Below are positions 8,122-14,711 of a stretch of DNA of 18,123 bases, piece by piece. The position numbers and the translations under genes are program-made. The first letter of the stretch is position 1, and each line of letters starts with the position of its first letter. Below the pieces are notes generated by a model. That model did not search any database, was not told where the DNA came from, and saw only the letters and a list, made by a program, of their open reading frames with translations. This DNA comes from Roseibacillus sp. (lineage in GTDB: Bacteria > Verrucomicrobiota > Verrucomicrobiia > Verrucomicrobiales > Akkermansiaceae), in contig CBDEUM010000006.1 of the NCBI GenBank assembly GCA_965242925.1, positions 1-18,123 of the forward strand. Direction: 5' to 3'.

Positions 8122-8274
8122 GCTTGGGCGGAGTAATCCGCCGACCTCCCGCCCGAAGCGCTTGGTCAGATGATCCAACTGGAGTTCCTTTTCACCAGCG
8201 ACGATGTCCAAGAACTGGCGGGCTGGGACATCGACGATGGGTTGGTCACCACCCCGGCTCCTGAGGCTCAATGA
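8122..8274 (+). pseudogene. 3'-end remnant of a paralog of the large downstream secreted protein's C-terminal jelly-roll domain, with premature stop
   Basis: Plus strand reads AWAE*SADLPPEALGQMIQLEFLFTSDDVQELAGWDIDDGLVTTPAPEAQ* (TAA 8134-8136, final TGA 8272-8274), aligning to AWRTFSIPVVPEAIGETILIEWNFTSDSSGDAFSGLSIDNIEVAD* at the end of 8348-11272. Confidence 0.72.
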
Positions 8275-8315
8275 AGCCCGGTCTCAAAAAGGGAATTTCT
8301 AGTAATATAGGTTGA

Positions 8316-8331
8316 TGGCAAGGATCTTGAT
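8316..8331 (+). promoter_or_regulatory. Possible sigma54-like element TGGCAAGGATCTTGAT upstream of the large secreted protein
   Basis: TGGCA..G-N4-TTG with GA instead of the conserved GC at -12. Lies in an AT-rich patch 16 nt before ATG 8348. Confidence 0.22.
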
Positions 8332-8347
8332 TCGTAAAAAACAAGAC

Positions 8348-11272
8348 ATGAAACTAGGGCTTACAATTTTCGTGCTCAGTGCAATGGCTTCTCACGCTGC
8401 CATTGTCTGGCAAGCAGGAGCCCCCGGACGGGCTTGGCCTCAAGATGGCGTCGGGGGCGGACCTGACGTCGACTGGATCCAGGAAACAGCAGTGAATGAT
8501 CTTCCCGGAGCTCCCGACAGCGGGCTGGAACCCCGTACCAGCGATGACGACTATTACTTTGCAGGCGTTTACACCACCGCGGTCGACGGAGGCACCTACA
8601 CTCCGGTAGGGGTCGTTGCCGCCGATGAGCTTGGCGCTGAACGGGCCTTTGCCGGCGTCGACAATTCCTCCCGCTTTCACTTCAACCTGACAACCGTCGA
8701 TCCGGCCGACCTGTTCTCGGTTTCCTTCGAGGCGTACAACCTGCATGGGCAGGGTGGAACCGAACATTACGGCGTGGAGGTCTATTTCAACAATGTCCTC
8801 GTGGCGGCGGAAGTCGACGTCAACCCCGGTAATATCAACACCGTCATCACCACCCCGCAATTCACCCTCGACAGCGTCAATGCCCAGCTTGGCCCCGGGT
8901 TTGATAACTATGTCGAATTGCGCGGGATCAATTACAACGCCAGCGGTGGCGGCAACTGGATGGGACATGACTACGTGGCGCTCAATGCCGTCAGTTCAAT
9001 CCCCCCCCCAACAATTGACACCTTCACCGCCAATCCGGTTCTCGTCACACCGGGGCAAGCCAGCAGCCTGTCATGGGCGGCAGGTAACTTTGATACGTTA
9101 ACGCTGAACCCGGGTGATATTGATGTAACCAACCTGACCACGATCGACGTCACGCCGGACCAGACGACGACCTATACACTGAGTGCTCAACTCGATGAGG
9201 TCGTGGTGACCGGGGAGGTAACAGTGGCGGTCATTGAAGATGTTGCAGGCGTCATGAGGAGAGGATGCCTGGAATCCCTTACCGTCTGGCAAGCAGGGGC
9301 CCCCGGACGGGCCTGGCCTCTTGATGGCGTTGGTGGTGGTCCTGACGTCGACTTCATCCAGGAAAGCGGAGTGAATAATCTTCCCGGCAGTCCCACCAGC
9401 TCGCTGGTAGCCCGGCAGAACGACGACGACTATTACTTTGCTGGCGTTTACACCACCTTGGTCGACGGAGGTGCCTATACTCCGGTAGGGGTCGTTGCCA
9501 CCGATGAGCTTGGCGCTGAACGGGCCTTTGCCGGCACCGACAATTCCCTCCGCTATCACTTTAACCTGCCATCCGACGGCGTCGGCGAGACCGACCTGCT
9601 CTCAGTCTCCTTCGCGGCGAACAACCTGCATGGGCAGGGTGGAGCCGAACATTACGGCGTGGAGGTCTATTTCAACAATGTCCTCGTGGCGGAGGAAGTC
9701 GACGTCAACCCCGGCAATCTCAATACCGTCATCACCACCCCGCAATTCACCCTCGACAGCGTCAATGCCCAGCTTGGCCCCGGGTTCGATAACTATGTCG
9801 AATTGCGCGGGGTCAATTACAACGACAGCGGTGGCGGCAACTGGATGGGATCTGACTACGCGGCGCTCAATGTTGTCAGTGCAACGGCTATTGCCGACTC
9901 GCGCCTCGATTTCAGCGGAGTCCAGGGCCAGGACGACTGGCATTATGGTTACCGCAACCTGACTGCTGACGGTGGCGCGCAGGACTATGACGCGATTGCC
10001 GATTTTATTGCATTCGATGCAGGCCAATGGACCGGCAGCCAATGGGAGCTGCCGGGCAACCCGCCGTGGACGGAGCTTGGGCGTGAGGGGAGCCACCCCA
10101 ACGGCAGCAATAACGCTGAGAATGGTGGTGGGCTCCACTGGACGGTGCGTCGCTGGATTGCCGGCGATGCTGTCGGGTTGCGCAAGCCGGTCGCTCTGTG
10201 CTGGAATGTCCGCAAGACCAACCTCAATGGTGGTAGCGGGGTGACCGGGGCCCTGCATATTAACGGGGTACGCGTGGATTCCCTGCAGATTAGTGGTGGT
10301 GATGATGCCGGGGAGGTGCGCACGTTCTATGCCAACATCCATGCGGGTGACATCGTTGACCTGATCCTTTCCTCTGAAGGGGACAATGGGGACGGCGCCG
10401 ACGGTTTTGACGGCAGCGCCAACTGGCTGAACGTTGACTCCTATATGCCGCCGAACCCGGTGCAACCGGATGGCACGGCATTTGTGCCGGCTGCATCATT
10501 GGAGTTCAGGCTGGGCATGAGCATTGCAAACAACGGAGCGAATCTCGACTTCGAGTGGGACAGCCAGGCCGGGAAGCTCTACAACTTGCGGAGCGTGACC
10601 GACCCCTCCGCTCCCATCCCTCCCGGGACGGAACCGCCTGCTCCCTCCGAGTGGCCCATCCTTGGTGCGCATACGGCCATCGCCGCCACCCCGCCCGAGA
10701 ACACGCTGACCATTCCGCGGCCGGTCGATCCCAGTCGTTACTTCGTCATCGAAGAATATGACGCGCCGCCGGTGGTGGCCTTCTCCGATGACCTTGAATC
10801 GGGTGTGGGTGACTGGACGACCCTTGTTAACGACGTGGTTGGCGACACCGTTTGGCAGCTGGGCACGCCCGCTGGCAGCACCGGTCCGCTCACAGGAGCC
10901 GACGACTCAGGCAATGCCTGGGCCACGAACCTGGGAGACTACGGCCCCGATGCGGACATTTCACTCCGTTCACCAGCCATTGATCTCAGCGGCGTGGCCA
11001 GCGCCACCCTGACCTTTGAGGCCTACCGCGATGCGGATGGTTTCGGGGATTCCGCCAAGATCCGTTTCTTGCGGGCCAGCGACCAGGTTCAACTCGGAAC
11101 GGATACGGAGATTGACATGACTCCAATCGATGACGCCTGGAGGACCTTCAGCATTCCGGTTGTTCCGGAAGCGATCGGCGAGACCATTCTCATTGAATGG
11201 AACTTCACGAGCGATAGCAGCGGGGACGCTTTTAGCGGACTCTCCATTGACAATATCGAAGTGGCCGACTGA
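8348..11272 (+). CDS. Large secreted multi-domain (putative carbohydrate-binding/adhesin) protein: 2x PL4-domain-III/CBM-like domains, Ig-like spacer, Trp-rich beta domain, Verrucomicrobia-type linker domain, C-terminal MAM/choice-of-anchor-J-like jelly roll
   Basis: Signal peptide MKLGLTIFVLSAMASHA from ATG 8348 (ORF track starts 8312). Duplicated ~197-aa domain running from VWQAG to GGGNWMG.DY.AL. Spacer PTIDTFTANP...SLSW...VTP.QTTTYTLSA. C-terminal FSDDLESG...WQLGTP...LRSPAIDLS...TLTF...FTSD...GLSIDNIEV. Acidic, Gly/Asn/Thr-rich, with no recognisable catalytic motif. Domain names are inferred from motif resemblance. Confidence 0.8.
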   Translation: MKLGLTIFVLSAMASHAAIVWQAGAPGRAWPQDGVGGGPDVDWIQETAVNDLPGAPDSGLEPRTSDDDYYFAGVYTTAVDGGTYTPVGVVAADELGAERAFAGVDNSSRFHFNLTTVDPADLFSVSFEAYNLHGQGGTEHYGVEVYFNNVLVAAEVDVNPGNINTVITTPQFTLDSVNAQLGPGFDNYVELRGINYNASGGGNWMGHDYVALNAVSSIPPPTIDTFTANPVLVTPGQASSLSWAAGNFDTLTLNPGDIDVTNLTTIDVTPDQTTTYTLSAQLDEVVVTGEVTVAVIEDVAGVMRRGCLESLTVWQAGAPGRAWPLDGVGGGPDVDFIQESGVNNLPGSPTSSLVARQNDDDYYFAGVYTTLVDGGAYTPVGVVATDELGAERAFAGTDNSLRYHFNLPSDGVGETDLLSVSFAANNLHGQGGAEHYGVEVYFNNVLVAEEVDVNPGNLNTVITTPQFTLDSVNAQLGPGFDNYVELRGVNYNDSGGGNWMGSDYAALNVVSATAIADSRLDFSGVQGQDDWHYGYRNLTADGGAQDYDAIADFIAFDAGQWTGSQWELPGNPPWTELGREGSHPNGSNNAENGGGLHWTVRRWIAGDAVGLRKPVALCWNVRKTNLNGGSGVTGALHINGVRVDSLQISGGDDAGEVRTFYANIHAGDIVDLILSSEGDNGDGADGFDGSANWLNVDSYMPPNPVQPDGTAFVPAASLEFRLGMSIANNGANLDFEWDSQAGKLYNLRSVTDPSAPIPPGTEPPAPSEWPILGAHTAIAATPPENTLTIPRPVDPSRYFVIEEYDAPPVVAFSDDLESGVGDWTTLVNDVVGDTVWQLGTPAGSTGPLTGADDSGNAWATNLGDYGPDADISLRSPAIDLSGVASATLTFEAYRDADGFGDSAKIRFLRASDQVQLGTDTEIDMTPIDDAWRTFSIPVVPEAIGETILIEWNFTSDSSGDAFSGLSIDNIEVAD
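8405..8995 (+). repeat. Intragenic direct repeat copy 1 (~591 bp)
   Basis: Starts gtctggcaagcaggagcccccggacgggc and ends gcgctcaatgccgtcagt. Long near-identical stretches shared with 9284-9880. Confidence 0.92.
9284..9880 (+). repeat. Intragenic direct repeat copy 2 (~597 bp)
   Basis: Starts gtctggcaagcaggggcccccggacgggc and ends gcgctcaatgttgtcagt. Six nt longer than copy 1 (NLPSDGVGETDL vs NLTTVDPADL). Confidence 0.92.
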
Positions 11273-11344
11273 CCCTCATCGCAAATATGGATCTGCATTC
11301 AATCGTCCTTGCCGCAGGAGCGATTTCCGGACATTAACCTGCCT

Positions 11345-12079
11345 ATGATGTGCAAGATTTTGAGTTCCCTCGTGGTGGTCCTTCCTTTGCTGGTCGTGGT
11401 GTCCCTGGGGGCAGAGGAGAAAACCGCGGGGGGTCCGGCGGTGACCCCCCAGCCCCGGGTCGAGGAGTGGTGGTTCAAGCGGCAGGCCGAGAAGATCGGG
11501 GCCATGAAGGAGGGAGAATATGAACTCCTGATGGTGGGGGATTCGATCACCCACAACTTCGAGAGCATCGGGGAGAAGGTCTGGAAGAAGCACTTCGAGC
11601 CGCTCAAGGCCCTCAACCTCGGGTTCGGCGGGGACCGCACCAACCACGTCCTGTGGCGTCTCGATCATCTGCCCAAGCCCAAAGTGCCGCCCAGGGCCGC
11701 GGTGGTGATGATCGGGACCAACAACATCTGCTGGGGAAGCGACAAGCCGCGGGAGGCGGCCGACGGGGTGAAGGCCATCGCGGCCAAGTTGCAGAGCCTT
11801 TACCCGGAGGCCAAGGTCCTCGTGCTGGGGGTCTTTCCCCGTCGCCGGGAACTGTCCCATCCGCACCGCAAGCAGATCATCGAGCTGAACTCCTACCTGC
11901 CGGACCTGCTCAAGGAGCTCAAGAACGTGAAGTTCCTCGATATCGGGCCCAGCTTTCTCGATGAGAAGGGACACCTCTCCAAGGAGATGATGCCGGACAC
12001 CACGCATCCCAGTGAAAAGGGGCACCAGGTCTGGGCCGATGCCATCGAGAGCGAATTGAAGGCCTTGCTTGGCAGGTAA
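11345..12079 (+). CDS. Secreted SGNH/GDSL esterase (PAF-acetylhydrolase Ib-like), probable carbohydrate deacetylase
   Basis: Signal peptide from ATG 11345/11348. Block I GDSIT, block II LNLGFGGDRT, block III MIGTNN, block V MPDTTHP (DxxH). Confidence 0.9.
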   Translation: MMCKILSSLVVVLPLLVVVSLGAEEKTAGGPAVTPQPRVEEWWFKRQAEKIGAMKEGEYELLMVGDSITHNFESIGEKVWKKHFEPLKALNLGFGGDRTNHVLWRLDHLPKPKVPPRAAVVMIGTNNICWGSDKPREAADGVKAIAAKLQSLYPEAKVLVLGVFPRRRELSHPHRKQIIELNSYLPDLLKELKNVKFLDIGPSFLDEKGHLSKEMMPDTTHPSEKGHQVWADAIESELKALLGR

Positions 12080-12163
12080 GGGGGGCGGGGTCACCTGAAT
12101 ACGATGCCCTTGGATCTTGCTCCTGGGAGGGAATGGCTTGTAATGGCACTGCTCTGGATCGCC

Positions 12164-13429
12164 ATGAAGACAATGAGTTCCCTTCCACTGATTCTCGGGG
12201 TCGCTGTGCTGTCGGCGGCCGTCCTGCAGGCCGAACAACTGCGCTGGCCCTCGTGGCGTGGGGCGGCGGATGCCGGGTCGACGGCCAAGGGGAGCTACCC
12301 CGCCAAGCTCGACGATGACCACCTTCTCTGGCAGGCCGACTTGCCCGGGCGCGGGTGCTCCACGCCCATCGTGTGGGACGATCTCATCATCCTGACTGCG
12401 GCCAAGGGTGAGGATGACGGGATCCTCGCCTATGACTGGAAGGGGAAAAAGGTCTGGGACACCACCCTGGGAAAGAGGCGCAAGGGGAAGCATCGCAACG
12501 GGTCGAGCAGTAATTCCTCCGCGGTGACCGATGGCGAATTTGTCTTTGCCTATTTCAAGAGCGGCAACCTCGGAGCCCTCGACATGAAGGGCAAGGTCCT
12601 GTGGAAGCACAACCTGCAACAGCGCTACGGGCGCGACACGCTCTACTGGGATATCGGGACGTCCCCGGTGATCACCCGGGAGCACGTGGTGGTGGCCGTC
12701 ATGAATGATCGCAAGGGGTTCCTGGTGGCCTTTGACAAGGGGACCGGGGAGGAGGCCTGGAAGGTGAACCGCACCTACGAGACCCCGGTGGAGGGGGATC
12801 ACAGCTATGCCACTCCGCATGTCCTCGAGGAGGATGGCCGGCAGGTGCTGGTGGTGTGGGGGGCGGAGCGGGTCACGACCCACGAGGCGAAGAACGGAAA
12901 GCTGATCTCGGAGTGCGCGGGATTCAACCCGCAGAAGCGCAGCAACTGGGTGGTGGTGTCCTCCTCGGTGATCGTGGATGATATGGTGATCGTGCCCTAC
13001 GGACGGGGGAAGTGCCTGGCCGGGGTGAAGCTGGGAGGGAAGGGTGATGTCACGGAGAGTCACCGGGTGTGGGAGCGCCTCGACAACAAGGGGTGCTTCG
13101 TGCCCACCCCGGCGGTGCACGATGGCAAGGTCTACATCCTCGGGGACCGGGGACAGGTGCACTGTCTCGATCCGAAGACGGGGAAGACCCTCTGGGAAGG
13201 CAAGCTCCCCCGGGGAGCGCAGAGCTACTACTCCTCCCCGACCGTTGCGGACGGTAAGATTTATGTAGGCCGGGAGGACGGCAAGCTCCTGGTGGCGGAG
13301 TTGAACAAGGAGTTGAAGGTTCTCTTCGAGCGCGATTTCGAGACGCGGATCGTGGCTTCCCCGGTGCCGGTGGGGGACCGGATCCTCCTGCGGAACGATA
13401 CGCACCTGATGTGTTTCACCGGGAAGTAA
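12164..13429 (+). CDS. PQQ-binding-like (BamB-like) beta-propeller repeat protein, PVC paralog family
   Basis: Signal peptide from ATG 12164/12173. WPSWRG start motif, LPGRGCSTPIVWDD, GTSPVI, AFDKGTGEEAWK, SYATP, CLDPKTGKTLW, YSSPTVADGKIYV, ASPVPVGDRILLR. Confidence 0.88.
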   Translation: MKTMSSLPLILGVAVLSAAVLQAEQLRWPSWRGAADAGSTAKGSYPAKLDDDHLLWQADLPGRGCSTPIVWDDLIILTAAKGEDDGILAYDWKGKKVWDTTLGKRRKGKHRNGSSSNSSAVTDGEFVFAYFKSGNLGALDMKGKVLWKHNLQQRYGRDTLYWDIGTSPVITREHVVVAVMNDRKGFLVAFDKGTGEEAWKVNRTYETPVEGDHSYATPHVLEEDGRQVLVVWGAERVTTHEAKNGKLISECAGFNPQKRSNWVVVSSSVIVDDMVIVPYGRGKCLAGVKLGGKGDVTESHRVWERLDNKGCFVPTPAVHDGKVYILGDRGQVHCLDPKTGKTLWEGKLPRGAQSYYSSPTVADGKIYVGREDGKLLVAELNKELKVLFERDFETRIVASPVPVGDRILLRNDTHLMCFTGK

Positions 13430-13456
13430 TCGCTGCCTGTCAGTTTCCTGCCTTTC

Positions 13457-14620
13457 GTGAAGATTCTCCCGGTTATTTTCCTGGCAGGCCTGCTGGGGTC
13501 GCTGGGTGCCCACGAGGTGAAGCCGCTCACCCCCGGGGAACTGAAGGAATACGAGCTTGATCCCGGATTTTACAGGAAGGGAACCTGGGTGCAGGGCATC
13601 CTGATCGCAACCTCGGGGAAGGTGAGCGACTACGCCCACCTGGAGGCGGCCTACCAGTTCGAGATGATGATGAAGAGCATCAACCCGGAGGTGGCCCAGC
13701 GGGTGCGGGAGCGCAAGGTGCTCTGCCTGCTGGTGGCGCACGACGAGGTCACCTCGGAGGTGCCCCAGTTCACGACCGACAAGACGGGCAAGGAGCTCGA
13801 CTTCTACAACTGGCGCAGCCGGGGGTTTTTGACCTGGAAGACCGGACGCCCCACGGTGTTCTTTGCGGAGGAGGATGTCCTGGAGTTTGAGGGCGGCATG
13901 CAGATCGAGAGCATCCTGATTCATGAGTTCGGTCACGTCGTCCACGGGGCCGGGTTCAGTGAGGGGCAGCAGGAAAAGCTTAAAGCTATTTATAAAGGGG
14001 CCATGAAGCAGGGGATCTGGCAGGACGGGCGGGCCGCCCAACGCTTCCGGCGGGTCAAGGGGGAGACCCCGGTGCTCCTGCTGGCGACGCTGCGGAAGTG
14101 GTTCCCGGGGGAGACCCCGGAGTTGCTCACGCGGTGCCTGGAGGGCGGGGATATCCTGGTCAACGGCAAGCCGACCCACGCGAAGGTCCGGGTCACCGGG
14201 AAAGACAAGGTCTTGATCATCTTCGGGGGAGAAAAGCGATGTTATGCGGCGGTCAACCGATCCGAATACTGGGCCGAGGGATTCCAGAGCTGGTATGACA
14301 CCAACCGGACCATGGATCATGACCACAACCACATTCACCGGCGGGAGCAGCTCAAGGGCTACGATGTCGGCTTGGCGAAGCTTTGTGAGGAGGTGATGGG
14401 CAATCCCGAGTGGCGCTTTGTTTCACCGCGGGAGCGGGCGGGCAGAGGGCACCTGAAGGGATACGACCCGGAAAAGGCCCCGGTGGTGGTCAGCCCGGAG
14501 CACATCGATAATGCGGCCTACGACTATTACGATAAGTACTGGCACGATTACTGGCAGCGCCTCTACGACAAGCACGGGTTGCAGCGTCCCGTCGTTGAGG
14601 AGAAGGAGGAGAAGAACTAG
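13457..14620 (+). CDS. Secreted HEXXH zincin-like metallopeptidase (PVC family, anthrax-lethal-factor/MtfA-like motif arrangement) with internal S4-like insertion
   Basis: GTG start with signal peptide MKILPVIFLAGLLGSLGA. Motifs ESILIHEFGHVVH (13922 onward), YAAVNRSEYWAEG (third zinc ligand region), NRTMDHDHNHIH.REQLK.YD..LAKLCEEV. Confidence 0.78.
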   Translation: MKILPVIFLAGLLGSLGAHEVKPLTPGELKEYELDPGFYRKGTWVQGILIATSGKVSDYAHLEAAYQFEMMMKSINPEVAQRVRERKVLCLLVAHDEVTSEVPQFTTDKTGKELDFYNWRSRGFLTWKTGRPTVFFAEEDVLEFEGGMQIESILIHEFGHVVHGAGFSEGQQEKLKAIYKGAMKQGIWQDGRAAQRFRRVKGETPVLLLATLRKWFPGETPELLTRCLEGGDILVNGKPTHAKVRVTGKDKVLIIFGGEKRCYAAVNRSEYWAEGFQSWYDTNRTMDHDHNHIHRREQLKGYDVGLAKLCEEVMGNPEWRFVSPRERAGRGHLKGYDPEKAPVVVSPEHIDNAAYDYYDKYWHDYWQRLYDKHGLQRPVVEEKEEKN

Positions 14621-14650
14621 AGACATGACCGGGGGGTGGCATCTGCCGGG

Positions 14651-14700
14651 GGTCCTGTCACGGTCCTGTCCTTGGCATGGAGTGCCCGGGGGCGTATGGT
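14651..14700 (+). promoter_or_regulatory. Putative promoter TTGGCA-N17-TATGGT preceded by an 11-bp-period direct repeat GGTCCTGTC
   Basis: GGTCCTGTC at 14651-14659 and 14662-14670, TTGGCA at 14672-14677, TATGGT at 14695-14700, GGAGG at 14701-14705, ATG at 14712. Confidence 0.4.
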
Positions 14701-14711
14701 GGAGGCAGGTG

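Noticed and set aside
7975..8271. ORF-track 98-aa (minus) and 93-aa (plus, 7983-8264) ORFs as real small genes
   Set aside because: They lie in different frames from the two recognisable remnant peptides and look like GC-rich shadow translations.
8405..9880. Diversity-generating retroelement TR/VR pair
   Set aside because: Both copies are in-frame coding domains, substitutions are not adenine-specific (C/T and C/A changes and an indel occur), and no reverse transcriptase is present in the window.
12164..13429. Calling the propeller gene bamB or a PQQ dehydrogenase
   Set aside because: It has no lipobox and no bam/der gene context, and it belongs to the large PVC paralog family of unknown function, so no gene symbol was assigned.
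11276..14338. 1020-aa antisense ORF spanning the GDSL, PQQ-propeller and zincin genes
   Set aside because: The three sense genes happen to share one reading frame, so high-GC codon bias leaves the codon-aligned antisense frame stop-free. The translation has no recognisable domain, so it is a shadow ORF.
14511..14711. N-terminal extension of the PSD1 ORF
   Set aside because: It overlaps the zincin gene and is low-complexity. The signal peptide and GGAGG fit a start at 14709/14712.
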